A stretch of 64,000 nucleotides of DNA from an uncultured Actinomycetota bacterium (GCA_963805425.1 CAWDUF010000014.1:8057-72056); one strand, 5' to 3'; numbered from the stretch's first letter, positions 21,700-32,776 are shown. Notes: generated from the letters alone by a model not told the origin. Program-made: numbers and translations.

Positions 21700-23061
21700 C
21701 GGCTCCCTCGAGTTCTTCTCGGTCCGGATCTGCGCGAGCACCTCGTCGCGGATCCGGTGCATGGTCTCGGCGTCCTTGCCCTCCGCGTTCAGCCGAAGCA
21801 GCGGCTCGGTGTTGGACGCGCGGACATTGAACCACCAGTCGTCGTGGACCACGCTCAGTCCGTCGAGGTGGTCCAGGCTCACGCCCGGCCGCGATCCCCA
21901 CTGGTCCTCGATCTGGGCGAGCACGGCGCCCTGGTCGGCCACCTCGGAGTTGATCTCGCCGCTCGCGACGTGGCGGGAGTACGGCGCCAGCACCTGCGAG
22001 AGCGGCGCGTCGACCTCGGCGAGGGCCGCCAGAGCGTGCAGCGCGGCCAGCATGCCCGAGTCGGCACGCCAGAAGTCGCGGAAGTAGAAGTGCCCGGAGT
22101 GCTCGCCGCCGAAGATCGCGTCGGTCTCGGCCATCGTCGCCTTGATGAACGAGTGCCCGACGCGAGTGCGCACGGGCTTGCCTCCCAGCTCCTCGACGAT
22201 CTCGGGCACCGCACGGGAGGTGATCAGGTTGTGGATGATCGTCGCGCCGGGCTGCTTGGCGAGCTCACGGGACGCGATCAGCGCGGTCAGCACGCTCGGG
22301 CTCACCAGCTCACCGCGCTCGTCGACCAGGAAGCAGCGGTCGGCGTCCCCGTCGAACGCCAGCCCGATGTCCGCACCGACCTCGCGGACCTTGGCCTGCA
22401 GGTCGACCAGGTTCGCCGCCTCGATCGGGTTCGCCTCATGGTTCGGGAAGGTGCCGTCGAGCTCGAAGTAGAGCGGCACGACCTCGACGTCGAGCTGCCC
22501 GAGGACGGCAGGCGCGGTCATCCCGGCCATGCCGTTGCCCGCGTCGACCGCGACCTTGAGGTGCCGGCCGCGCACCGGCGCGAGGTTGAGCAGGTAGGTG
22601 GCGTACTGCGCGAGCAGGTCCTGCTCGTCGATCCGGCCCGGCTGCTGCGCTGCAAGGGTCTCGCCCGACGCGACGCGGTCGCGGATGTCGGCGAGCCCGG
22701 TCTCCAGGCCGATCGGGAGGGCGTGGGCGCGGCACATCTTGATGCCGTTGTACTGCGCCGGGTTGTGGCTCGCGGTGAACATCGCGCCGGGTCGGGCGAG
22801 CTGTCCGGACGCGAAGTAGAGCTGGTCGGTGGAGGCCAGCCCGATCAGGGTCACGTCGGCTCCTGCGGCCGCAGCACCGTCGGCGAACGCGCGCGAGAGC
22901 TCCGGGGAGGAGGGCCGCATGTCGTGCCCGACGACGACCTCGGCCGCGCCGGTGACCGCGACGAAGGCGTTGCCGACACGTCGCGCGAGGTCGGCGTCGA
23001 TCTGGTCGGGGACGATGCCGCGGACGTCGTACGCCTTGAAGATCGAGAGGTCGGTCGCCAT
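21529..23061 (-). CDS. manB: Phosphomannomutase/phosphoglucomutase; ORF reads through into Trm112
   Basis: FKAYDVRG, catalytic TASHNP, metal loop FDGDADR and GGEHSGH. Confidence 0.9.
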   Translation of the reverse strand: MATDLSIFKAYDVRGIVPDQIDADLARRVGNAFVAVTGAAEVVVGHDMRPSSPELSRAFADGAAAAGADVTLIGLASTDQLYFASGQLARPGAMFTASHNPAQYNGIKMCRAHALPIGLETGLADIRDRVASGETLAAQQPGRIDEQDLLAQYATYLLNLAPVRGRHLKVAVDAGNGMAGMTAPAVLGQLDVEVVPLYFELDGTFPNHEANPIEAANLVDLQAKVREVGADIGLAFDGDADRCFLVDERGELVSPSVLTALIASRELAKQPGATIIHNLITSRAVPEIVEELGGKPVRTRVGHSFIKATMAETDAIFGGEHSGHFYFRDFWRADSGMLAALHALAALAEVDAPLSQVLAPYSRHVASGEINSEVADQGAVLAQIEDQWGSRPGVSLDHLDGLSVVHDDWWFNVRASNTEPLLRLNAEGKDAETMHRIRDEVLAQIRTEKNSREPMNLDPGLLDIIVCPACHAALAVDEAAEELVCSGCGLAYPVRDDIPVLLVDEARKPA

Positions 23062-23180
23062 GACCGGAACCCTAGTGCCCGCTCAGAGCAGCGATGCCAG
23101 CCGCTTCTTCTTGCGGTTCTCCCCGAGGATCCACGCGGCGCGGTCGAGCGCGGCCAGCTCGCCGCGGGCACCCAGGGTCG

Positions 23181-23534
23181 TCAGTCCTCCGAGCGCAGGA
23201 CGCGCAGGTGACCCTTGCGCGCGACCTCGCGCATCTCGAACGGCGCGCGGTCGTCCGCCGGACGAGGCTGCGCCGCCTCGCGGACCGCGTCGGCCAGCGC
23301 GAGCAGGTCGTCGCTGGAGTGGGCGTGCGGGTCGTCGGCGACCAGGCGCAGCACCTCCCAGCCGCGCGGCGCGCTGAGGCGCTCGCTGTGCACCTCGCAC
23401 AGGTCGTAGGCATGCGGCTCGGCGTAGGTCGCGAGCGGGCCGACCACGGCGGTCTGGTCGGCGTACACGTAGGTGAGCGTGGTCGCGGCGGGCCGCCCGC
23501 ACGCGGTCCGCGAACAACGACGAAGCAGGCTCAC
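23181..23534 (-). CDS. DUF3499 family protein
   Basis: RRCSRTACGRPAATTLTYVYADQTAVVGPL...HAYDLCEVH...PRGW; C-terminal GHLRVL. Confidence 0.88.
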   Translation of the reverse strand: MSLLRRCSRTACGRPAATTLTYVYADQTAVVGPLATYAEPHAYDLCEVHSERLSAPRGWEVLRLVADDPHAHSSDDLLALADAVREAAQPRPADDRAPFEMREVARKGHLRVLRSED

Positions 23535-23583
23535 GCGGCAGAGAGTACCGGTGCGGGGCATCGGCGCGGGCTAGGCTCGCGGC

Positions 23584-24045
23584 GTGGCTGAGCGCGCGTC
23601 CGGACCCTCGTCCCGCACCCGGCCCCGCTCCCGCGACCGGCATGGTCGTGGCATGCGAGGGCCGGCGTTCGGCGACAGCCCGCTGGTCCGCGGCGGAGTG
23701 CCGGCGCGGCGCACTCCGGCGGAGGGCTTCGACCACGTCGCGCTGCGGATCATGCAGGGGGTCGTGAGCCGCTGGACGGACCGCCTCGGTGATGTCGAGC
23801 TCGCCGTCGAGGAGGTCCCGGTGCTGCCGCCGGGCTGGTCGGAGTCGACGGTCCCACTGGCGTCGTACGTCGAGGCGTCGGGAGGGGCGCGGCCGCGGCT
23901 GGTGCTGTTCCGGCGTCCGCTCGAGCACCGGGCCGAGGACCTGGGCGAGCTGGAGGCTCTGCTCGTCACCGTGATCGTCGAACAGGTCGCCGACGTCCTC
24001 GGCATCCCGCCCGAGGACGTCCTTCCCGGCTACGAAGAGGACTGA
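23584..24045 (+). CDS. Zincin-like metallopeptidase family protein
   Basis: RDRHGRGMRGP, LAVEEVP, RLVLFRRPLE and VEQVADVLG. Confidence 0.85.
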   Translation: MAERASGPSSRTRPRSRDRHGRGMRGPAFGDSPLVRGGVPARRTPAEGFDHVALRIMQGVVSRWTDRLGDVELAVEEVPVLPPGWSESTVPLASYVEASGGARPRLVLFRRPLEHRAEDLGELEALLVTVIVEQVADVLGIPPEDVLPGYEED

Positions 24046-24112
24046 GTTCCCGCGCACGTCACCACATCTCGACACGATCGGGCGCCGATCTGGTCCGCTG
24101 GCGCGTCTCAGA

Positions 24113-25570
24113 TCACCAGCCCGGCCGGACCGCCGGCAGCAGCACTGAGTTGATCGCCGGCACGACACCGGCGGTCGCCACGCCGGAGGCATCCTTGACC
24201 GAGAAGCCGGCCACTGCGTCCGGGGTGGTCGCGACCAGCCGCACGTAGCGGGTGCCCGACGGCAGCGGGGTCGCCGTGCTCGCGGCCTTCGCCACCGCGA
24301 CCGAGCGCTCGAGAAGCTGCTTGCCGTCGCGGCCGAAGGCCGTGACGGCCACCGAGGTCGCGCCGCCCACCGACGAGACCACCAGGTCGCCCGACCCGGC
24401 AGGCACCGCCACGGTGGTCGAGTCGAGCACTGGCCGCACGGCGCTGCCGAAAGCGATGTCTCCCCCGGTGACGGTGCGCACACCGGCGGCGACGGGCTGT
24501 GCCGAGCTCACCTTCAGTGCGAACGGCTCCCCGTCGAAGACCGACCGGATCGACATCGACGCGACCGACTTCGGAGGCACCCTCAAGGTGGCGTCGTCGG
24601 TCGGGGCGAACGTGCCGGTCGCTCCGATCACCTCGACCGCGACGATCGCCTCCACGCCGCGCGGGTTGGCCACGACGAGAGTCGCGTGGTCCGGCTTCCG
24701 AGGAAGCCCGGCGAGCGTCACCTCGGTGGACGGCGACATCTGGCTCGGCAGCCATTCCTGGACCGCCTTCCCGACCACTCCCGGAGCGAAGCGGTCGGCG
24801 GCCGAGACCGAGACCAGGCCGCGGGTGGCGACCACGTCGACGGCGAGGTCCCCGACCGCGGGCGCCATCTTCGCGAGGTCGATCACCTCGGTGCCGTCGG
24901 AGGCCACCGTGATGCCGTGCAGTCCCGGTCCCTCGACCGGGCCGTCGACGCCGTACACGTTGATGTCGAGCACGGCGTCGCCGGGACGAGGGTTGTGCAC
25001 GGTGAGCACGGTGTCGTGGGTCACGGTCGCCGCTCCTGCGCCGACGAACCACCACCGGGCGCGTGGTTCGGGACAGGGCAACCAGGCGAGCCAGTTCTTC
25101 GTGCGCGACTCCTGGCCGGCGAACGCGTCCAGTGCGACGGACTTGTCGTCGTCGAAACGCGTCGGACCGGCCCCGATCGGCATTGCCCGGTCGAGTCCGG
25201 CGTCGACGGTGCCGTGGTTCGCAGTCGCGTCCGGGATGCCGCCCGTGCAGCTGAACGTGCGCTGCTCGAGCTCGGTGCGCTGGAAGGACTGGATCGGAGC
25301 CCCGACGCCGTGCGGCGTCGTGCCGGCGAGGGTGAGCACCGCACCGGTCAGGGCGATGACCATCAGCCCGAGCAGGGCGCTGCGGCCGCTGGTGGCCGTA
25401 CGGCGGGCCGCGCTGTGCCGCTCCCGAGGCCCGTTCTTCAGGGCCCTGTTTTTCCGGGCGCTGTTCTTCGGGGCCCGGTTTTTCCGGGCGCTGTTCTTCC
25501 GGGCCTTGTTCGCCCGGGCCTGCTTCTCCTGGGACCGGCTCTTGCGAACCCGGTTGCCGCGTGCGTTCAT
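24113..25570 (-). CDS. DUF5719 family secreted/membrane-anchored protein
   Basis: Basic N-terminus, TM segment, CPEPRARWWFVG and HNPRPGDAV motifs; conserved position after the large GT2 gene. Confidence 0.78.
   Translation of the reverse strand: MNARGNRVRKSRSQEKQARANKARKNSARKNRAPKNSARKNRALKNGPRERHSAARRTATSGRSALLGLMVIALTGAVLTLAGTTPHGVGAPIQSFQRTELEQRTFSCTGGIPDATANHGTVDAGLDRAMPIGAGPTRFDDDKSVALDAFAGQESRTKNWLAWLPCPEPRARWWFVGAGAATVTHDTVLTVHNPRPGDAVLDINVYGVDGPVEGPGLHGITVASDGTEVIDLAKMAPAVGDLAVDVVATRGLVSVSAADRFAPGVVGKAVQEWLPSQMSPSTEVTLAGLPRKPDHATLVVANPRGVEAIVAVEVIGATGTFAPTDDATLRVPPKSVASMSIRSVFDGEPFALKVSSAQPVAAGVRTVTGGDIAFGSAVRPVLDSTTVAVPAGSGDLVVSSVGGATSVAVTAFGRDGKQLLERSVAVAKAASTATPLPSGTRYVRLVATTPDAVAGFSVKDASGVATAGVVPAINSVLLPAVRPGW
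25431..25520 (-). repeat. Degenerate 15-bp tandem repeat encoding ARANK-ARKNS-ARKNR-APKNS-ARKNR-ALKNG
   Basis: Read directly from the sequence. Confidence 0.8.
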
Positions 25571-28343
25571 CGACGCCGCCTCCGCTCAGGAGCGGCGAGC
25601 ACGACCGTGGTGACCAGTCCCAGCAGGTTCGCCAGCACCCATGTCGCCCGGAGTGGCTCGCGCTGGTCGTCGAGCGAGGTCAGCGACGTCGGCTCCTGGA
25701 CCACCCACGCACGCGACCGACGGCCCGGGGCGCTCGCGCCACCGAAGCCGTTCGCCGAGTCGAGCCCGCCGCTGACGGCGGCCGCCACCGGTGCCGGGGC
25801 GTAGACGTACTTGACGCCGTACGACGCCAGCAGCGCGGCGTCGTCGGGTCGTGCCGAGGACAGCAGCCGGGCGACCAGGTCGGCGAACGACCTGCTGGGC
25901 GTGGTGAGCGCGAGCGCACCGTCGTCTCCGAGCTGGTGGACCCCCGAACGCAGCAGTTGGTACTCGATGCCACTGGCCAGGCCGCCGCGGACGACCAGGA
26001 CGGCACTCGTGGTCTTGCCGGCGGCGAGGTCCTGCATGTAACGCGGCACCTGCCGCGGCTCGGCCCGCTGGACCGGACCGTCGTCGCCGTGCAGCACCCA
26101 CCAGGTCGCGCCGAGCACAGGTGCGGCCAGCGCCGCGATGCAGGCCACCGCCGCCGCCGGCTGACGCCAGCTGAAGCTCTGCCCGGAGACTGCCCCGACG
26201 ACCCCGTCGGCCGCGATCACGGCGGCCAGCACGAAGCCGCCTTGGATCAGCAGCAGCACGAAGCCCGGCCACGGCCGGAACTCGACCGGTACGCCGGGCA
26301 GCGACACCGGCACCCGCGACTCCGTGGCGAGCACGATCGACGCGGCCAGGATCAGCACCCACACCTGCAGGACCCGCACCCGCGTGTCCCGCCGGATGAA
26401 CGCAGCCAGGCCCGCAAGCGGCAGTCCGATGGTCAGCCAGCCCGGAGCCTCGCCCGGACCGCCCGTGCGCCCGAGGAGGAGGTCCCGCAGGCCGGTGTCG
26501 GTCGGGATCGCTCCGGCGCGGCCCGCCTCGACGAGCCAGGCGCCGGGCGCGGCGAGCGTGGCCACCGCCCAGGGCAGCACCAGGACCAGGGGCACCAGTA
26601 CGACGATCGCGAGCTCGCGGCCGCGACCCCGGGCCGCGCCCACGACCACGGCGAACAGGACCAGCAGCACGATCACCAGCCATGCCGGCGGGACGAACGA
26701 GACCAGCAGCCCTGCCGCCAGTGCGGTCCGCCACGCGGCGCGCCATTGGCGGGTCGCCGCGTCCTCCCCGGTCGCCGCCAGGCCGAGCGCCGCCGTCGCG
26801 ACCCAGGGCAGCACGGCAGCGCCCACCACGGTCCCGATGCGGCCCTGGGCCACGGACCCGCTGACGACCGGCAGCACGGCGTACGCGGCGGCACCCCACA
26901 GGGCGGCCCACGGTCCGTCGGTGGCGCGGCGCAGGAAGCGGAGCGCTCCGACGAACGCCAGCGGCACGGCGAGGACGAAGATCAGGTCGACGAGCAGGCC
27001 GGTGTGGCCGAGGAACACGGTGCCGAGCACGGCCAGAGGCAACAGGTACGCCGGGCCGGGAGCGTCGGAGCCAGTTCCGAGCAGCTGGTGGCTGCTCCCC
27101 CACACCTGCCACCAATGGGCCACTCCGTCGGGGGCGGGGAGGAGCGCGCCGCCGTTGAGCGGCCCGCCGGTGAGCAGCTCTCGTCCCGCGACCAGGGCGA
27201 GCACGACACTCGCGACGACCGACCACGCGGTCGTGGACCGGAGCAGCCGCGGGACCAGTCCGATCTCGTCCGCCCCCACCGGCCTGCGCCGCTCCGCCTC
27301 GTCGCGAAGACTGTGGGTGATCGCCACGCCGACGTCGATGACGTAGTCGAGGCCGTGCCGGTAGGGCAGCCAGAACGGTGCGAGCAGGTGCCGCACCTCC
27401 TGGTGCGGCACCCGTGAGGTGCCGGCCCGGGCGCGGCGGGCCCGGAACGCCCGCCGCGGGTGGCTGAAGACGCGGAACAGCGCGACGACCTCGTCGGCTG
27501 CCTCACCGGGCGCCCGCACGAGCAGCAGGCCGAGCGCTCGGAGCAGACCGCCGACGATCATCCGCGCGGACCGGAACGGGATCGTCCACGCCGGGCTGTT
27601 GACCAGCAGCGTGTACTGCGCGCCCTCACGGTCCTGCCGGCCGGGATGGTGGACCAGCCGCGAGTCGCGGCGGTCGCGACGCGACGCCTCGACGTGGAAG
27701 ACGACGGCGTCGGGGACCACCAGTGTCTCGTGCCCGGCGCGGGCCACCCGCCAGCCGAAGTCGAGGTCGGTGCCGAAGCACGGGCAGGAAGTCGTCGAGT
27801 CCGACCGCCTCCAGCACCTCGCGGCGGACCAGCATCCCCGCGGTGTTCACGGCGAGCACCCGGTGGGACTCGTCGTGCTGACCCTGGTCGTACTCGCCGC
27901 CCTCGAGGCCGGTCTCGCGACGGCCGGTGCCGGTCAGCGTGACGCCGACCTCGAGCAGCCGCTTCAGCGACGGCCACTCACGGATCTTGGGCCCGAGGAC
28001 GGCCACCTCGGGGGCCGCCGACCGGGCGGCCTCGGCCAGGGCGGCGAGCGCTCCCGCGGCCGGGTTGGAGTCGTCGTGGAGCAGCCACACCCACTCGTCG
28101 GGCTCGGCGGCCGTGGCGCCGTGCAGGCCGGCACGCACCGCAGCGGCGTACGGCGCATCGGCGGTCCAGCCGGACGACGTCGGGTCCGAACGCGCGCTCG
28201 AGCAGGGCGACCGAGTCGTCGGTCGAACCGGTGTCGACGGCGATGATCTGGTCGGGCAGCAGCGTCGACTGCGCGAGACCGGCGAGCACCGCGGGGAGCC
28301 AGCGGCCGCCGTTGTGGCTGACCAGGAGCGCGGTGATCTTCAC
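25567..28343 (-). CDS. Large GT2 glycosyltransferase with multi-TM C-terminal region; indels near 28150 and 27780
   Basis: ALLVSHNGGRWL, AVDTGSTD, WVWLLHDD, LEVGVT and DLDFGWRV spread over three frames. Confidence 0.8.
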
Positions 28344-28422
28344 GAGGGGCCAGCCTAGGGGGTGGCCCCACGCTCACTGGCCGGGCGCCGCGTCCACTGC
28401 GACCCGCCTCACGTCGTGCGGA

Positions 28423-28678
28423 TCAGACCGCGCGCTTCTTCAGCTTCCGGCGCTCACGCTCGGAGAGTCCGCCCCAGATGCCGAAGCGCTCGTCGTTCGA
28501 CAAGGCGTACTCGAGGCAGTCGCCGCGCACGTCACAGGTCAGGCAGACACGCTTCGCCTCGCGGGTGGAACCACCCTTCTCCGGGAAGAACGCCTCGGGG
28601 TCGGTCTGGGCGCACAGAGCGCGCTCCTGCCAACCGCTCTCGTCCAGCGTCCCCCTCGAGCAGGTACAGCTCACGCAT
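28423..28678 (-). CDS. whiB: WhiB (WhiB2/WhmD-type) Fe-S transcription factor; apparent one-base indel near 28645
   Basis: WQERALCAQTDPEAFFPEKGGSTREAKRVC..C...CLEYAL...FGIWGGLSERERR; ATG 28678 (MRELYLLEGD) with AGGGG RBS is out of frame by one base. Confidence 0.93.
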
Positions 28679-28794
28679 AGTGTTCCCCTATCGACCCCTG
28701 CGACCCTGACGGGCCGCGATTCTGTGTGGGAGTGATTCTCGGTTGGTGATGTTGGTCACCGACGTGCGTCGGAGTTGAAAACCACAATGATGTG

Positions 28795-28824
28795 ATTACA
28801 TGCCTGTCGCACACCCTAAGTCAA
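28795..28824 (-). promoter_or_regulatory. Sigma-A-like promoter for whiB
   Basis: Minus strand TTGACT-N18-TGTAAT. Confidence 0.7.
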
Positions 28825-28868
28825 GCCCGGATCTGATAATCGGAAAACCCAGAAGTCACACTGCTGCC

Positions 28869-29914
28869 ATGACTCAACAGCCTCATCAGCTCCCCGCGCA
28901 AGGTGACCGTGCTGTCCGGCGGAGTGGGCGGGGCCCGCTTCCTGCAGGGCGTGCTGACGCACCGCGAGCGCACCGGATCGGCGTCGCGAGATCACCGTGA
29001 TCGCCAACACCGGCGACGACATCTGGCTGCACGGCCTCAAGGTCTGCCCCGACCTGGACACCGTCATGTACACGCTGGGCGACGGCATCGACACCGAGCG
29101 TGGCTGGGGGCGCCGGGAGGAGACCTGGCACGCGAAGGAGGAGCTGGCGGCGTACGGCGTGGAGCCGACGTGGTTCGGTCTCGGCGACCGCGACCTCGCC
29201 ACGCACCTGGTGCGCACCCAGATGCTCGACGCCGGCTATCCACTCTCCGCAGTCACCGCGGCGTTGTGCAAGCGCTGGCTGCAGCCGGTCCACGGTGCCG
29301 GGGTGCAGCTGCTGCCGATGAGCGACGACCGCATCGAGACCCACGTGGTGATCGACGACCCGGACTCGGGCGAGCGCCGTGCGGTGCACTTCCAGGAGTA
29401 CTGGATCCGGCACCAGGCCTCGGTGCCGGCGTACGCCGTGGTCCCGATCGGCGCCGACACGGCCACCGCAGCTCCCGGCGTGCTCGAGGCCGTCCTGGAG
29501 GCCGACCTGGTGCTGCTGCCGCCCTCGAACCCCGTGGTCTCGGTCGGGACGATCCTGGCCGTGCCCGGCGTCCGCGACGCACTGCGCAAGACCCCGGCAC
29601 CGGTCATCGGCGTCTCGGGCATCGTCGGTGACGACCACGTGCGCGGCATGGCGCGACAGCTGCTCGGTGTCATCGGGGTCGAGGTGTCCGCGGCCGGCGT
29701 GGCCGAGCACTACGGCGCGCGCAGTGCCGCTCGAGGGACCGGGCCCGGGACGGAGGGCGTGATCGACGGGTGGCTGGTCGACTCCGTCGACGAGGCGCAG
29801 GTGGCGCGCATCGAGGCCGCCGGCATCCGCAGTCGCGCGGTGCCGCTGATGATGACCGACCACGACGCCACCGCCGACATGGTGGTCTCCGCGCTCGACC
29901 TGGCCGGGCTCTAG
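28869..29914 (+). CDS. cofD: 2-phospho-L-lactate transferase (F420 biosynthesis); indels near 28897 and 28985
   Basis: VLSGGVGGARFL, IANTGDD, CPDLDTVMYTL, WFGLGDRDLATH, HFQEYW and PSNPVVS. Confidence 0.92.
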
Positions 29915-30849
29915 TGCCGGACCTCGAGGTCTCCGCCCCCGACGACATCGGCGAGGTAGGACCCGGAGCCGATCTCGCCGCGCTGGCCGCGCCGCACGTG
30001 CGCGAGGGCGACGTGCTCGTGGTGACCAGCAAGATCGTGAGCAAGGCCGAGGGCCGGGTGGTCGCAGGGACCGCGAGAGGGCCATCGAGGACGAGACCGT
30101 CCGGGTGGTCGCGCGCCGCGGCGCGACCAGCATCGTCGAGAACCAGGCTGGGAGTGGTGCTCGCCGCCGCCGGCGTCGACGCGTCGAACGTCGCCGCCGG
30201 CTCGGTGGTGCTGCTCCCGGTCGACCCCGACGCAAGCGCGCGTCGTCTGCGGGAGATGCTCGCCGAGACCACCGGGGTCAACGTCGCCGTCGTCGTCAGC
30301 GACACCGCCGGCCGCGCCTGGCGCCACGGGCAGACCGACCTCGCGCTCGGGGTGGCCGGCATCGAGCCGCTGGAGTCGTTCGCCGGCGCGACGGACTCCT
30401 ACGGCAACCCGCTCGCCGTCACCGCGCCCGCGGTCGCCGACGAGATCGCCGGGATCGCCGAGGTGGCCTCCGGCAAGCTCGGCGGCCGCCCGCTCACCGT
30501 CGTCCGCGGCCTCGCAGACCGAGTGCTGCCGCCGGGCGAGCACGGGCCGGGCGCCCGTGTGCTGGTCCGCGAGACGGGCACCGACATGTTCGGCCTGGGC
30601 AGCCGGGAAGCTGTGGTCGCCGCGCTGAGCGGGCGCGACCAGGATGCCTTCGGCTCCCCCGCCGACGCCGACGACCTGGTCCGCGCGCTGGTCGACTGCG
30701 GCCTGACCGCGTCGGCCTCCGAAGCCGGCGTCGTGGTGACGGTCGGCCCCGATGACCCACGCCTGGCCGTCGTCGCCTTCGCGTTCGGCTGGACCGCCGA
30801 CCGCGCCCTTTCCACGGACTCCACCACCGTGGTTGCTCCACTTTCGTAG
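29914..30849 (+). CDS. cofE: Coenzyme F420-0:L-glutamate ligase; compensating indels at about 30068-30147
   Basis: LVVTSKIVSKAEGR, AAAGVDASN, VSDTAGRAWRHGQTD and AVADEIA. Confidence 0.9.
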   Translation: MPDLEVSAPDDIGEVGPGADLAALAAPHVREGDVLVVTSKIVSKAEGRVVAGTARGPSRTRPSGWSRAAARPASSRTRLGVVLAAAGVDASNVAAGSVVLLPVDPDASARRLREMLAETTGVNVAVVVSDTAGRAWRHGQTDLALGVAGIEPLESFAGATDSYGNPLAVTAPAVADEIAGIAEVASGKLGGRPLTVVRGLADRVLPPGEHGPGARVLVRETGTDMFGLGSREAVVAALSGRDQDAFGSPADADDLVRALVDCGLTASASEAGVVVTVGPDDPRLAVVAFAFGWTADRALSTDSTTVVAPLS

Positions 30850-30906
30850 ACTTCCCCCGATCCGCGCCGGCCCGCCCGGGACGACCCGACCGACAGAGAG
30901 CAGCCC

Positions 30907-31647
30907 GTGGCCAAGAAGAACCCGAAGAACGTCGAGCGTCGCGCCATGGTCGAGAAGATGCGTCAGGAGCAGGCGCGCAAGGAGCGCATGCGCAGCACGG
31001 CGATCCTCGGTGTCTCGGTCGTCGCCGTCATCGGCCTGCTGCTCGCGGCGCTGATCCCCTACCTCAAGGACAAGCACAAGAACAGCGAGCTGGCCGGCAA
31101 GTCGATCTCGAAGATCGGCGTGAGCGCGTCTGCCGCCGCCTGCGACTCGGTCGTCACCAAGCCGACTGACAAGAACCAGAGCCACATCCCCGAGGGCACG
31201 CCGATCACCTACAAGGACGCACCCCCGGCGTTCGGCGAGCACCGACCCTCCCCCGCCGCGTTCGGTCGCCCGTTCTACACCGCCTCGGACCGCCCCGAGG
31301 TCGCCACGCTGGTGCACAACGAGGAGCACGGGTACGTCATCGCGTGGTACGACGACGCCGCCGCCAAGAACAAGACCGAGATGGACAACCTCGAGGCGAT
31401 CGCGAAGAAGTTCCAGGACGACAACGAGCGGTTCATCGCCGCGCCCTGGACCTCCGACGACGGCGCGGCGTTCGCGGACGGCAAGCACGTCGCACTGACC
31501 CGGTGGTCGGCCGACTCCGACAAGCCGAGCGACCAGTCCAAGCAGCGCGGCAACTGGCAGTACTGCGGCTCGGTCAGCGGCTCGGTGATCAGCGACTTCT
31601 TCAACAAGTGGACCAACGACGAGTCTCCCGAGCCCGGGATCATGTGA
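30907..31647 (+). CDS. DUF3105 family membrane-anchored protein
   Basis: N-terminal TM, PPAFGEH, LVHNEEHG...WY and C-terminal SPEP. Confidence 0.85.
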   Translation: MAKKNPKNVERRAMVEKMRQEQARKERMRSTAILGVSVVAVIGLLLAALIPYLKDKHKNSELAGKSISKIGVSASAAACDSVVTKPTDKNQSHIPEGTPITYKDAPPAFGEHRPSPAAFGRPFYTASDRPEVATLVHNEEHGYVIAWYDDAAAKNKTEMDNLEAIAKKFQDDNERFIAAPWTSDDGAAFADGKHVALTRWSADSDKPSDQSKQRGNWQYCGSVSGSVISDFFNKWTNDESPEPGIM

Positions 31648-32715
31648 TCAGGTCAGGTCGCCGCGCCCGGAGGACTTGAGTGCCTCGACGATCGACTTGA
31701 CGTCCTGGGCGTGCGCCCGGGTGGTGACCAGCACGGCGTCGCCGGTGTCGACGACGACGACGTCCTCGAGGCCGAGCACTGCGACCGTGCGGCCGCCGTC
31801 GGGTACGACGAGCCCGGAGCTCCCGAGCGCGACCACACGGTCGGCGTCGCCGAGGACCTTGACGTCACTGCCGGGCACGAGGTCTGCCAGGGCGGCGAAG
31901 TCGCCGATGTCCTCCCAGCCGAAGCCGGCAGGCACCACCGCCACCCGACCGGCCGCGGCGGCCGGCTCGGCGACCGCATGGTCGATGGCGATCTTGGTGA
32001 GCCCCGGCCAGATCTCCTCGAGCCGGCCCGGCTCGGCCGCGATCGCCCGCAGCCCGGACGCGAGGTCGGGGTGCTCGACGGCGAGCAGGTCCAGCAGCAC
32101 CGAAGCGCGAGCGACGAACATGCCGGCGTTCCAGCGGTACTCCCCCGACGCGACGTACTCCGCGGCCCGGCCCGCGTCGGGCTTCTCGACGAACTCCTCG
32201 ACCGCGTGTGCCGTCGGGAATCCGGGCAGCCGCGCCCCGAGGTGGATGTACCCGAACCCGGTGGAGGGCCTGGCCGGCGCGATGCCGATCGTCACGAGCA
32301 GCCCCGTCGCCGCGACGTCCGCGGCCTCGGACACGCAGGCGCGGAACGCGTCACCGTCGGCGATCACGTGGTCGGCGGCGAACGACCCGACCAGGGCGTC
32401 CGGGTCACGACGTTCGACGATCGCGGCAGCGAGACCGATCGCCGCCATCGAGTCCCGCGGGCTCGGCTCGGCGAGCACCTGGTCGCGGGGCAGTCCCTCC
32501 AGCTGGCGGCGTACGGCCTCCTGGTGCGCGACACCGGTGACCACGAGCACCCGGTCGCCGACCAGCGGCGCCAGCCGGTCGTGGGTGGCCTGGAGCAGGG
32601 TTCGTCCCGAGCCGCTCAGGTCGTGCAGGAACTTCGGCGACCCTGCTCGCGACAGCGGCCACAATCTCGTCCCCGCCCCGCCCGCAGGGACCACTGCCCA
32701 CAGCTCTCCCGCCAT
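31648..32715 (-). CDS. manC: Mannose-1-phosphate guanylyltransferase
   Basis: PAGGAGTRLWPLSR..PKF, EPSPRDS, FVEKP, WNAGMF and WEDIG. Confidence 0.93.
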   Translation of the reverse strand: MAGELWAVVPAGGAGTRLWPLSRAGSPKFLHDLSGSGRTLLQATHDRLAPLVGDRVLVVTGVAHQEAVRRQLEGLPRDQVLAEPSPRDSMAAIGLAAAIVERRDPDALVGSFAADHVIADGDAFRACVSEAADVAATGLLVTIGIAPARPSTGFGYIHLGARLPGFPTAHAVEEFVEKPDAGRAAEYVASGEYRWNAGMFVARASVLLDLLAVEHPDLASGLRAIAAEPGRLEEIWPGLTKIAIDHAVAEPAAAAGRVAVVPAGFGWEDIGDFAALADLVPGSDVKVLGDADRVVALGSSGLVVPDGGRTVAVLGLEDVVVVDTGDAVLVTTRAHAQDVKSIVEALKSSGRGDLT

Positions 32716-32776
32716 GGGCGGCATCATGCCGGGTCTCGGCTGTGCTCGACCACCGGGGGCACCTACGGTGGTTGTC

